Of a DNA stretch of 64,000 bases, positions 36,773 to 49,690 are shown piece by piece. The translations under genes were made by a program, and so were the position numbers. Location: assembly GCA_964234715.1 (NCBI GenBank), contig OZ174279.1. One strand, given 5' to 3'. How positions within the stretch are numbered: the first letter of the stretch is position 1; each line of letters opens with the position of its first letter. The notes below the pieces were generated by a model. That model worked only from the letters and a program-made list of their open reading frames with translations, had not been told where the DNA came from and made no database searches. Source of the stretch: Podarcis melisellensis (lineage: Eukaryota).

Positions 36773-38562
36773 TATTACAGTTGATCTGTTACTCACCTGG
36801 TAAACCACTGTCTCAAGGCCATTTACATGTAAGATCATTAAAAACACAAAAACAACAGATACATTTAAAACAATACTAAAACCCCAACAAATGGACCCAT
36901 TTATCCAGCTGGGAGAGCCTTTCTGGAACAAAAATATAAAGCACAGCATTTTGAAGGCTTCCTCCTGCGCATCTTTCCCTCTCAATTACAGCTGTGTCTA
37001 AGAGCACTATGTAGTGACGGAACAGTTTTCAGTACCTGCTCCTCAAACTGCTTTATCTCGGAGAAAGTGAAATAAAACATCATATCATTGTGCCCCCAAG
37101 TCTAATGTGTGCTGCTAGTACAAATTATGGTACATTGGTAAAATATATGATTAATTGAAATCTTCCATTTTCTAACATATCAGTACAGTGCTGGCTTTGT
37201 AGAGGCAGTTCGCTTATTACAGTTATGATGTCACTAGTGATGAGATCCCTTTAAACAGAAGAAGCCCAACATTCTTAGTTCTTAAAAACAACTAAGTAGT
37301 CTATGGTGATTATGTATCTTTCAGCTAGTCTGGGAAGTATAAGAAGAATTCAATATATGCCATGTAGACGGAAAGTAAAATTGGAAAAAAAGGTTGTTTT
37401 CAAATACTCGGAATATTTCAAGGGGGGCTTTTTAAAAAAAGTAACCATATGTAACCTGGTCTTTTTTGTACGCACAAAGGTGCTACACTGTATGTGTCCT
37501 ATCAAGCTAGGGATATAGTGTAACAACCTATTATGTGTGGATCCTGGCTGGAAATAGTGATATTCAGTTTGCTGTTGCACTCCAGTGAGAACTAGGCCCT
37601 AATCCTGCCTCTGGACTATACCACTTCAAACTGCAGGTGGGGGATGCTCACATGATTGAATGTCTTCCTGTATATAGAAAACTAGCAAGCTGAGGAGAAG
37701 GTGCAGATACAAGCCCTATCCCCAAACACCTTTTTTAAACATTCATTTTTTATATATATACCAATTGGTGCACTGTAAATAGTGTACAGTAGAACACTTC
37801 ATGAAGTGAACATCACTTGTGGTGGAAATGTTTTGAATGGAGGAACCCCCCTCCCCTTTTAGTGGTGCAGGCAAAACACAAATTTACAAGCTCAATCTTA
37901 CCGAATCTGTTGCACTAATATAACCAAAGTGCCTGGTTACACGTAGGAAATAGTTTAAATGCAAGCTTCACTTTTCTGTAGTTCAGTAGCCTTCTAGGAT
38001 GCAAGATTCCTGTAAATCCCTGAACCAAAAAAGTTTTAGTGAAGTGGAATGGTATAACACCCCACAGCTATGTGACCTTTTTATAATTATTCAGCAAACA
38101 AACTAGAAGTAACAAATTAAGTTCCAGCCCTTATAATTCTTGAATAAATCATTGTGTGGTCTAGGCATTAAGAAACACTTTCTTTCATCTCTCTCTCTCT
38201 CTAAGCAATTTCATAATAAAGCTAGTATTTAACATGTTGAATACTGCTAGGGGGGAAAGTTTCTTTGAACATGGATACCAGAAATTGTTTGACAATTTCA
38301 GGAACCTGATAGATTCTTAGTGCTGAGAAACTAAAATGAAAAGTAAAATCAGTGCATACAATTTATTAGCAGATCTCACTATCTAGTTTTGGAAATCTGT
38401 GTTTGAAATAAAACTCTGATAAGATGGAACCATTTGGAAACTACCAGATCTCCCAAGGTCAGTTCAAAATGTCAGGAATAATCCAGGAATTAGTAGTAGT
38501 TATCATTCAAATACTATAGGATTTAGGTGCTCAAATAAATGGAAACCTTTCTCTTCTTGCAG

Positions 38563-38646
38563 AATGATGACAATGTGTCACTCCACAACATCACATTTTC
38601 ACTTCCTTCAAGCCCAGAACTGCAGGAGCCTGAACCAGTTTATAAG
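38563..38646 (+). CDS. CCSER2: CCSER2 exon 7
   Basis: NDDNVSLHNITFSLPSSPELQEPEPVYK. TTGCAG acceptor, AAG|GTAAAC donor; 84 nt, phase 0. Confidence 0.93.
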
Positions 38647-39215
38647 GTAAACCAACTGTGCTTATTTCAGAGTTGACCCTTTTGAATGAAGGAGCTAATG
38701 AAAAAGCATCAAGTGTGTAGGTCAGCACTATTTATTTATTTAAAGAATTATCTTGTTTACCCTTAGTAGGTATGACAAGTAGAGGAGTTCCTTTAATTTT
38801 TTCTTTCTTTGCAAAGCAGCTGCAAACTCTGCAGACTGTTTTGAGAGATAAGAATTGTGGTGGAAAAACTGGGCAAGCAAAGAACCGTGTTGCTAGGCAG
38901 AATGAGGTGAGAAGACAGTTTCAGGAAAAGCACCACTAAGAAACACTTGGCCTAGGGAGCAGGTTTTGTTTTCCAGCTGCTGTTGCCACATGTATTTGGT
39001 AAGAGGTTTGGGCAGGATTGCAAACAAACCAAACTTAAGGGAGGATCTTAACTTCAGACATAATGTTGGAGTAGATTCAGGGAAATCAGATTAAGTCTAT
39101 TTATTTCAGGAGGTTTGATGTAGTTTGATATCACCCAGTGGTCTGTTGCCCCCAAGTAAGCTATAGTTAGTTGTCCATTTAATTGTCCAGAACTTTCAAA
39201 CCATAGCTTAACTAC

Positions 39216-39590
39216 CAGTGGTGGAGCATTCACCACCTGTGTCCAGGGCGTGCATACACCAGGGTACGTTCAGGACATGCTGTGGGGTGGGGAATGTTGC
39301 CAGAGTGACCCCTGCCCACTGCTGTAAAGCAGGGCACACTTATGGGGCACCGCAAGCTGTTGCAAAGCAACAGGCATCACCCTGGCCCCTGCAAGCCCAG
39401 TGCTGCTTTTGTGAGTGGCAGTGGGCTCACAGGAAGGGTGTCATATGCTGTTGAATCCTTCTCACTGCACTCTACAGCTGGAGGGCAGCTGAGGACACAA
39501 CAGCACACCATGCGGCAGAGCGCCGTGATGCACCCCCCAAAAAACTGCCTGGGGTGATGGCCCTCCTCAGCCCCCCATTCTACGCCACTG
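39216..39590. mobile_element. hAT MITE
   Basis: TIR CAGTGGTGGAG / CTACGCCACTG; 8-bp TSD TTAACTAC/TTAACTAT; GC-rich interior. Confidence 0.8.
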
Positions 39591-39824
39591 TTAACTATGA
39601 TACCAGAACCTGACCAATATTTGCAGTTTTTTTTCCATCACCCCCCCCCCCATTTTCGGTTCTCAACATTTGGTAATGAAAATAATGCAGAGCCTAAACT
39701 TTAAAAAGCAATTTGCTCCTAGACAAAGATTTTACTTTCTCTCTTCCCCGACCCCCTGGACAGATAAGAATTATGTTTATCTACTTCATGGAAACCATTA
39801 AGATCTCCACTTTTTGTTTGGCAG

Positions 39825-39911
39825 ACTGATGATTTGCTGAATGAGATCACACAGCTTAAAGAAGATTTAAAGAAAAAGGATGAAACAATCAAACAACTAG
39901 AGCATCGGCTT
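39825..39911 (+). CDS. CCSER2: CCSER2 exon 8 (coiled coil)
   Basis: TDDLLNEITQLKEDLKKKDETIKQLEHRL with heptad pattern. GGCAG acceptor, CTT|GTGAGT donor; 87 nt, phase 0. Confidence 0.94.
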
Positions 39912-41111
39912 GTGAGTATATTATACAGTATACTCTGCAGAGAATGTGATATCTACCATAATTTCTATAAAGCAATGTGACAGCACTTCTTGTTCACTTG
40001 CGTGGGACTAACTTCAATATTTAAGTCAGTGGGAAATCCTTTTATAGGAGCTGCTTATGTAAATTGAAGCAGTCACAGGAATTCCTGGATCAGGAGTATG
40101 ATACCTTAGTGTTCTTACATATTATGGCCATGTGCTGTGTATGTTAACTTTAGAGCACAGAATTCTGAAATAACAGGAGTTCAAACCGCACCATTCTTCA
40201 TTTTAACATATCACACTGTCAATTTATTTTACTCTTAATGCAGCTGCATTTAGCAATTTGTATCAAGTGATAAGATTTGGCATGAGTAATCTAACTATAC
40301 TTTAAAGAGCAGCAGATGATGTTTCTTATAATGTAAAGCCTAAATTACAATATTAACACATTCAGGGGAACTATTATGGAAGCAGGTATTTAAAAATAAA
40401 AATGAAAAACTCTCCAAACAATTGAAGTTGTTGTGAATGATTTGGAAATATTTCATGTTAATTGCAGATAACTGTGATAAATTTAAGTGTATAAAAGCAT
40501 CAGGATATATATGAGTCAAGGTTCCTTTCTGGGAGACACTGGGTTGTAACCCATGACCTTGTTCTGTTTAGTGCAAGACTTCCACCTGCACAATGGGACG
40601 GGACTTCCATTTCCTGTCCTTGCTACTACCCCCCCATCAGTTATGGGTTTCTCCCCAACTTTCTGGAGGAGATCTGGGGGGTTTGCGGGGAGTGCATGGG
40701 GAGAGGAAGTCCTGTTCTGCAGGTGGAAGCCCTTGAACTAATGGAATAACTTGATGGGTTACAACTCTATATTTTGCACTGCTGTTTGTGTACAGTTTAC
40801 ACACTGTTCAGTATACACTTGAATTAAGTATTTCTAATGTCTATTATGTGGATCAGCCTTTGGACCTCTGTATCCATCCTTTTCTTCTTTCTTAGCAGCA
40901 GTTTGTGGCTCCTGTTTTGCGGTGGTAAAACTCATGAGAGTACGGAGGGATCGTTTTATGGCCTTACTGCCTCATATTTTGTTTAATTCATTTGCTAAAT
41001 GTTATATTGTGTATTATACTATCTGTAAGACATTTTGAAATGTTTGTGTAAAGTAACTAAAAAGCGTAATAAATAACCATCAAATCATTTGTCTTTTGCG
41101 TATGCATAAAG

Positions 41112-41210
41112 TCTGTTAGGTGTGTCTGCGACAGAGACAGCAAGATATCTGAACAGCCTTCGTGCACATATGCTGACAAATACACACAGACCTCCTGGAG
41201 GAAAAGTGCT
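41112..41210 (+). CDS. CCSER2: CCSER2 exon 9
   Basis: SVRCVCDRDSKISEQPSCTYADKYTQTSWRKSA; CTYADKYTQT.W matches recalled CCSER2. Donor GCT|GTGAGT. The 5' boundary uses the weak in-frame AAG at 41109-11, so the start is less certain than the end. Confidence 0.85.
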
Positions 41211-43185
41211 GTGAGTAGTTGATCAAAAGTTAGTTGTTTATGTAAGATAGCTCCTGGTTTAGATCCATTAGGTTTCGTCATCTTGCCATGTTACCTAGGT
41301 TCTTTCAATTTCTTCTTTTTGTTGTATATAATTTTAAAGATGTTTTGCAATTTGCTATATTGTATATACATAGTTATTTATCAGGTGACGGAGACATACA
41401 GTTCTTTGTGTATTTTTGTGTGTGTGTTGACTCCCATTTGAGTCTTAAAAATGCAATTTAGGATTTCAGATAAGTAGGATTTCAGATTTGAGTCCTTCCT
41501 GATTCCTAAGTATCATTTTTAGGAATGCCATCAAAATGCAATATAGTGCTAATGTAGTTCATATTAAAGTTTAATATGAGCTGCAGACATTCCAGAATCG
41601 AAAAACCATTTTGGATCTTAGTAAATCATTTTAGATGGGTTCTGTAGTCTATATTTAATTCTTATGGATTAAATTCACTGGAGTGTATCCAATATTTGTC
41701 CTATTCAGGATTGTTCCATTGAAATGAATGGACATTAGTGACTTAGGTCAATTAGTTTCAGTGGGTCTGCTGTGAGTATAACTTAGTTGGCTATAACCCA
41801 CTATTTTCAAATCTCATGAGAATCTATTACCAGTACATATTTTCCTGGCAAGGTTACCTCTTTGTCTTTTTAATAACTGTCAAATTTTAGTCCTGGGTTT
41901 ATTTCTGTTTCCAATTTTGGAATCTGAAGTATTGGTGTAGGTGACAATATAATTCTTTACAAGTTTGATGGATTCTAGTAGAACATATTCTCCATTAGCG
42001 TTCATAATGCACAGCAGCATTTACCAAAAATATGAAATATCTCTTGTAAGAAAATTGTGATCTTTTGGATTTCAGAATAATGCTGGACACCAGCAGAAAT
42101 CGCACTAGTTCTAGATTTGAATGAGAAAAATTGGGGTTCACTTGTCCTTACCCCTTTTAGCTAATTTGAGGTTAGTGTTTTCATATTTCTGAGGAGGAAA
42201 GAGAGGATTTCCTAATTCTATGCATCTTATTCAACATTGATGGTTGAGCATCTTTTCTAAGGTAAAGAAAAAAATTATGTGCAAACTGTAGCAATATATT
42301 TTGACTGTTGAAATGGCAACAAAGTGTTCTGTGATGTCACATGCTCTACACATCACTGATTTTTAATGGAGTTTCCTAGCAGTGCAGTATGTAGTTTATG
42401 GGTTGCTAGTATGCAGAATGTGTGCCACAAATGGTACAGGCATCTGTGTGGACCTCATAATATGGCTAGACACGAACAAATGGACCAGTGGACCCGGCTG
42501 TAACGTAATTAGGCCTGTAGCTCTGTCCTGCTCAACTATTAGTAAACTAGAGGCAAAATAGCACTAAAAGAATTGCCCTGAAACGGCATTATACTGCTCT
42601 AGTTCTCATGGCACATTAAACCATGGTTAAAAACAAGCCCATATTTTAATGTGAACATGCAGTGTACTAGTGCACACTACTGAAAAGGTCCTGTTGCTAA
42701 GTGTGGGTATGTTGCTAGGAAACAAGCCAGCATCTGGGTTGTGATGCCTGAACCTTGGCTTGTTTCTCTTTAAACAGAGAAGCAGTATCCCAAGGTTGTT
42801 CTTTGTTTATTGTTTACAGTTTGCAGTGAAACAAATGAAAAGCCCCGGTTCAGATGTCATCAGAATCCAAACTCTGACTTGTTTCGTGGCAGTGGCAGTA
42901 GTAGGGAAAATAGTAGTTTAACATGCTATGCAAACCAGGACATGATTTGAGAAGTACTATATGGTCTTTAGTTGTAAATTATTCTATGAAACTGCCCCAG
43001 AAGCCTCTCCTATTCTATTTCTAAGAGTTGTTAGTGGACACTTTGTTGTGGACTAGAAGTGAGCTTTAGGGTTTTCTGCTGAAAAAACATCTTTCACATT
43101 TTTCAGTACATGATTTGGAAGAACAAATAACAAAAAAACCATACTCAGATCATAGTGATTGGACGTGTTTTGTATATTTGTAGGC

Positions 43186-43467
43186 CAGGGGTCAGCAATC
43201 TAAGGCCCATGGGCCACAAGCAGCCCACAGGGGTCGTTTAACCAGCCCCCGAGTCGCCCACTCGGCGAGTCCCCACGCACAGCGCTAAACCAGTGTGGCG
43301 CGGGGACTTGCTTCCGTGGTGCCAGAAATCATGTTGATGCAGATGCCAGAAATCACGTCTGCACAGACGCAGATGCCAGAAATCGCGAGTGTGTTCATGA
43401 TCCGGCCCATGGAGGGATCTCCGCTGGAGTGAACTGGCCCAGGTGAGGTAAACCTTGCCGACCCCTG
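43186..43467. mobile_element. hAT (Charlie-like) MITE
   Basis: TIR CAGGGGTCAGCAA / TTGCCGACCCCTG; 8-bp TSD TTGTAGGC/TTGTAGGA; internal tandem GCCAGAAATC repeats. Confidence 0.85.
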
Positions 43468-44051
43468 TTGTAGGAAAATAAAACTAGCACAGTGCAATAT
43501 GTACTGGAATTCATACTTGATTAGGTTAAAGCAAAACTATAAACTCAAAACTCCTGATTTGACTCTTCTTGACATTCTGACTCTAATCTACTTTGAATAA
43601 TTTTTGAAGGACATTTTAAATGAACCTCACTGATTCATCAACAAATTCTATAATATTCTATATTTTTATTCTTATTATTTTCATTTAAAACTAATTCAGT
43701 ATACAGATAGATATATGCATATATGCATGTTTTAGTTGACCTGTTGAGACCCCCATATTGAATAATTTTGTTTATTTATTTATTTTTTAAATTTGTATAA
43801 CGCCCTTCATCCAAAGATCTCAGGGTGGTTCACAGCATCAAAACACAAAATGCATAATAAAAACAAAAACAAGAAGTATTATTAGAAACCACTGTCATTT
43901 TCCTATAGCAGAACAGAAACAATAACAAAAAATGACTAGCTGAAATACTGGGCCCATAGTAAATAATGAAAGGGGTTGAATGTTTCTCCTAATATTCCCC
44001 CCATCCACCCAGAACAAGATATTGTTGCATGCCACCTCAATCCCAGAGCAG

Positions 44052-44411
44052 TGTGAGATTCCAGGGTTTCCAGGCACCCAAGTTTGTGTTTCCTTCAGAA
44101 TGAGGAACAGCAGAGACTGCGGTGTCTTTATGATATATGATTTATTTACACTGCACTAACATCCTAGAAGAGTCTTGCTTCACCCATAGCCACAGCCTTG
44201 GGTACGAGCAGAAATCAGGCATACTTCTTCCTCCAGCTTCTAACTTACACACACAAAACTCAGCTCACAACTCTGTCTTTATCTTACTAACTACACACAT
44301 CTGCTACACAGAGCCACTTCCTTTGCTACCTTAGTGACCCATACTTAGAGCTATCACCAGAAAGCTTACCTGACTATTCCAGGAATTTGAATCCTTGCTT
44401 AGATTTTAACA
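44052..44411 (-). mobile_element. Possible solo LTR
   Basis: TG...CA bounded ~360-bp block with a minus-strand AATAAA (TTTATT, ~44140). No clean TSD (GCAG vs CTAG). Confidence 0.3.
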
Positions 44412-45173
44412 CTAGCTGAATCCAGAAATTACTCCCCCCCCCATATAAAATTTCAGTGTTGTAAGTTTGCACTAAGTAACTTTTCTTTCAAGATAAAAAT
44501 CGGCTTGGAACAGAATTAACCCCCTGCGGTAAAATCGATTTTTGTGGTCTGATGGAATTTTGCAGTGTTCTGTAATAATTTGTTTTAAATATAGGAGAAC
44601 CATTCTTGAAGTGGTGTATAACCTCCTCCTCCGCACACGCACACACACACACACACACACCGGGGGGGGGGCATTAATTTATGATGATAGGCAAAATGTG
44701 AAGTTATTTTTCCTACCCAATTTTGAGAAGTTGCTAGGGATAAAATGGACCCTAATTAGTCCAAAGTGTGTGGTAGTGTCACTTTCCCTTTCATTTTAAT
44801 AGGGGTAGACCGGACACTTGCTTCAAAAGGAAGGGCTTGTGTTTTACCAAATCGACTACAGAGCTTCTGTTGCTGCAGTTTTCAGGGCAGGCACGATGGT
44901 GATGTATCAAAATCTGCAACCTATCCCTGAGTTGTGCTACTTCTGGCTCTGCCCATGGTTAATTTTCAGTTCTCCTCCCCCATTAGTTGTCAAGGGGGGA
45001 GAAAAAGAATGCAGCAGCTTTTTGTTTCCACAAATAGGTAGGCCAGCTCCACAGCTTACGACAGAGGGAAACAAAGCCCATTTTTAAACTTCCCTTTTAC
45101 ACCCCCTCTGCAATAAGGTTACAGCATTACCTTAGGAATTACAGCTGTTAATTCATCTCTCACATAAATATTA

Positions 45174-45176
<3 letters not shown>

Positions 45177-45230
<54 letters not shown>
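45177..45230. repeat. (GA)n microsatellite
   Basis: 27 perfect units. Confidence 0.95.
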
Positions 45231-45233
<3 letters not shown>

Positions 45234-47297
45234 GAGGGCAGGCATGCTAGCAGCTTTATAATGCCACCATTTGTGTACTTCTTTGCTGTAATTTATTAAA
45301 GAAAAACCTTCATTGATAATAGCTGATTTAGAAGAGTGCAAGTTACGTGCTAGGGGTTCGGCCAAAGGAAGAAGTGATCGTAGCAACTTTGCAGTCCACC
45401 AGTGGAAAAAAGCAACTTTTATTATTTCATATGTTTAACTATGGTTTACTGATGTGCAACCAAACCACTATAGATTTACTGCAGCCTGTAGAAAAGGAAG
45501 AAATCTTATTCAAAGGTTGCTCAGAGTTGATTCTTCACATAGGCAACCAAACCAATGGATATTTACATAACTGTTTTGCAATACTATCTTGTCTATTCTT
45601 CATACCATTGTACCGTTCATTGTATGTTATCAAAAGTATCACCAATATCTCATGTAACATCAAGCAAAGTTGCTGAATGTTCTACTTGTATTGCAAGCTT
45701 TTGTTTTCTGGAGCTCAGCATAATATATAGAATCCACACATGCAGTTTATAGAGCTGTTTTAAGAATTTAGTCTCATCTGAAATTTCCCCTCTATCTAGC
45801 TAACTATGTAAGTCAGATTTAAATGTAGTGTGTGTGTAACCCCCACCACAATATAATGACTACAATTCCCTATGTTTCAACTTAGCAAAATCTGTCCACT
45901 CTTTCTAAAGTAGCAATCCTGTGCACATTATTTGAGAGCAAGTCCTATTGTGCCTGCCAAATGCATTTTTAAAAGACCGAGTTACTCAGGTTTCATGCAT
46001 GTGTGCACCTGCTGCAGAACAAATTGAGAGGACGTGGTTTCACTATCCTCAAGAGGGCATTTCTCTATTTATTAGCATGGAGACAAACAAACCAGGCACC
46101 CCTTTTTCTACATTAAAATGGAGATTGATATTCACATGATGATTACTGCCCAGGGGATGCATGAACTGGCCTTCACGTGGCAACTGTTCTATGCAGTGGC
46201 TGGAATGAAAGGCAATTGCCATGGATAATTTTTAACCGCTTCTTAAACTATTTAAGCTTTTTTGGAGCTATGTCTTTTTACAGCCTGAAACAAACCTAAA
46301 ACCCAAGCATGCACTCGATTGCAATTATCCATGATCAGATAACATTTTTGTTAGTCTGAATGTATTATATATGGGGCTATCCTTAAAAGATGGTTTGGAT
46401 ACTACAGATAGACACTGTACCATGAGACTGTTAACCAGGGCATCTCATTAGAAACATCTCCCTTCAGTATCAAAAGAGCTTCACTGACCACCATTTGATT
46501 TTTCAAACCCAGTTTGAGTTGCTCATGTTGACGCTAAAGTCCTTTCTCAACATCACCCTGCCCACAAATTCAGCTATCTACCAACACTCCTCTTCAGGTG
46601 TTCTGATGTTGGACAAATGTGATGACCGAGAGAGGGAGTGCACCTAGGACCTATTCTGCCCTTTGGGTGGTAGTCTAGCTATTTCTATTTACCCAGGACT
46701 TCTAAGAATTTTACAATTTCAGTAAGCCATTTTAATTAGTGTATTGTCTTGTGTTTATGCTGATTGGATTTTGTGAGTTGTAATTATTTGTGTACGTCAG
46801 GCTTAACATCTCATCCCGGGTGTAAAGTGTGGGTCCCATTAAAACATCTTTCAAAGATCTTGAGGTATGCAGGCAATAGAGAATCTACCCCAAGTTCCTT
46901 GCTATAATCTTTTCAGGTTTGAAAGGCATACACTTTTAAAGCCTTCCCTGTTCTTTGGACGTCTTCGCTGATCTTTATAATAAATTAGAATTTGATAAAC
47001 AAACCACTTACTTCCACCAGGTAGTCTGAAACAATTTTAAAATGTATATAAAAAGGCTATTCTTGTCTTGATTGACTTGGTGTTGCATTTAATAAATACA
47101 TTTCGAATACCTAAAGCCAATTTTTCCTTCAAATATTTTCCAGAATCGAGCTTTTACAAACCTTGCTGATCTTTTGAATTATTTCAGATTTTAAAGTACT
47201 TGTTCTTAGTAAGAGGAACAATGTGGCTTTTGGTGCTGTTTGCCCCCTCTCCGTTCTCTTTTTTATTATTCTTTCTCCCCCATCTTTCTCTGCACAG

Positions 47298-47382
47298 GGT
47301 GGGTATTCTGCTCCTTCCTTCTCTCCCTGGCAGGGCTCATTCCAGGGCATCCCTCGGACTGTTCCACCGCAGCGCAGACAGA
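47298..47382 (+). CDS. CCSER2: CCSER2 alternative (frame-shifting) cassette exon 10, 85 nt
   Basis: GGYSAPSFSPWQGSFQGIPRTVPPQRRQ, nearly identical to the recalled human isoform sequence. Long pyrimidine tract with CAG acceptor, AGA|GTGAGT donor; phase 0 to 1. Confidence 0.92.
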
Positions 47383-49573
47383 GTGAGTCTGTACTTCTCA
47401 CTCATATCCCTCACTGTGCTCCAGTAGCAGTTTTCCCTTTGCACGCACTGTTCATTGTGTAGCATTCTGTTCTTTCAAGCAAAAACATCAGACACATGCG
47501 AGTCTGTGGTCTAACCTCAGCACCTCTTTCACTTAACGATATAACTGCAACTTAACAGCTTTATCAAATGGTTTAATAATAGATCTTTAAAGCTACCTGA
47601 AACCTTTATTTCATCTATCCTGAAAGTTTGCTTGTTCTCCACCCTTTCATGGCTTTAAAAGTGTGTGTTTGTCCCGTTTGTTCATGTTATCAGCATGTAT
47701 GCTCATCCAAATATATTTGTTTGATATTTGTGGAGATGTGTTCATACAAGTCATACTTTGATAACAGTATGTGACGCATTGCTATATTTGGAAAATTAAA
47801 CTTTTCTTTCAGCTGTGAAGCTTTTCTAAGAGATCTCTCAATCAGCAATGTGCCAGAGTAACAAATTAAGGAAGTAGTGGCTTTTCCAGCAATGCATGAT
47901 TTATTAATATTACTCATTAACTAGCAACAGTTTGATCTAAAATGGGATATTGTTCTTTATGCACAATAGAAAAGACAAATTTGTTGATTTGTACTGTACT
48001 AAAATAGAGTAGAAAACTAGTAAAACTGATATATTGTGAAGCACTAGCTTAAATTATTTCAGGGGAAATATAAAGTGGCTACCTTGTTTGTGTAAACATT
48101 TTCATTTGCTTATGGTAGATTTTTTTGCATTTTAAATTATCCATACCCTAGAAAGCTGATTTGCAAAGTAAGGATATATTCCAATCTTATTAAAAGTTGA
48201 GTGGTGAAATACTTTTTTTTAGTAGTTTGAGAATTTGCATTCTCAGCTTCAGTTAGATGCTGCTAAATAAATTAAGTATGGGCAGAAATTAAGATCTTCA
48301 GCAATGTTCTTAAGAATATAAAAGGATGATAACTAAAGGGGTACGTATGTTGTGAGAATGCTATTTGGGAACTAAACAAAGACTGAATACTAACTGGTAA
48401 GCTTCTGTGTGTGTGTGTGTGTGCTCTCTTTTGAACAGAGCAAAAAACTGCTCCTATTTTATATTGTGGGCAGAATTGGAACTGAGAACTGGCATTATTT
48501 CACCCTTTCCCTGGGATTTGGACTTTGCTATATGCAGTTCCTGCTGTGGACATGCCCCTGTTCTAAATAGCAACACACAGATGTGCTGCATTCCCAACAT
48601 GTGGTTCAAATCCATGACCCCTGAGATTCAGGGGGTCTCATTCCCAAATGAATGCCTAGTTTCCATTATACTGGACTACACTTGGACGATGAACTGCTTT
48701 GGCTGCTTAGCTGAATTTGCCTGGGCCCATCTTCTCATAGAGTTCGGATTAGATAGACCTCTGTTGTGGTCCAACAGGATCCTCCTTATGATCTTAGTAT
48801 GTCTTCCATATTTGGTGGTTCATTAATTTTCAGTGCTATAAGCTGTGCAGTGAAAGTTGCTTAGGGCTAGAAAATCAGTGAAATAAGTAATATGAAAGAG
48901 TTCAGTGGAATGCACTTACTGGCCTAGTTCACACATCACATTAAGCCACAGTTTGAAACAGGATGGAGCACCTACGGCCCAGGGGCCAAATGCAGCCCTA
49001 CTGACCTCTTCCCAGACCTTGGGACTCTCTCTGAGTAAAGCCCCCTCCCCAACAACACTGTTTCCCCAAACTACACCCCTAACTGGCCTTCCTTCACATT
49101 CTCCTTTAGAGTTTTTGCTTGGCTGGAATGTGTCCTTGGACGCTGATAATGACCCCTTTTTTTATCTGGATGGACAAAGAGGTGTGTGAGCATGTGCAGA
49201 AACTAATGTACTGTAGAAAGGAGCTACCCACTTTTGCCTTCCCAGCACTAGCATGTGGTCCCCACTCCCAGAAGGTTGTCCAGATGGCAGTATAGTTTTC
49301 AGGCTGAAAATGTTTTCCGATTCCTAATTTTAAACAAACCTGTTTGCTTTTTGTGTTGTCCAAATCTGGGCTCATAGTTTGTTTCCTTCCAACAAATCAC
49401 AAGTAGTAACCAAGGCTTGTTCTTTGCTTACTGCTTGACATTTGTTTGAGGGAAACAGGTCCAAACCTGGGTTCAGATGAAATGACAAGCCTAATTCTGG
49501 CTTGATTTGTCTGTGGTGTGGAAGCAGCAGAAGTGTGGAACAGCAGCATAGGAAGCTGCTTATGTGTCTAGAC

Positions 49574-49690
49574 TAGGTGTGGTAAACCTGTGACCTTCCA
49601 CATGTTGTTGGACTCCAACTCCAAACATCCATGGCTGATGGGATTGGAATCCAACAACACATGAAGGGACTGGAGGCTCCCCCATCCCCC
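49574..49690. mobile_element. Old palindromic hAT (Charlie-like) MITE; related copies near 15360-15475, 35983-36105 and 50030-50166
   Basis: Internal ATGTTGTTGGACT...CCAACAACA hairpin; flanks GTCTAGAC/ATTTAGAC fit the NNNTAGAC target pattern. Confidence 0.6.

Noticed and set aside
36640-36985. Poly-Tyr and poly-Asn ORFs
   Set aside because: Translations of a (TAT)n microsatellite.
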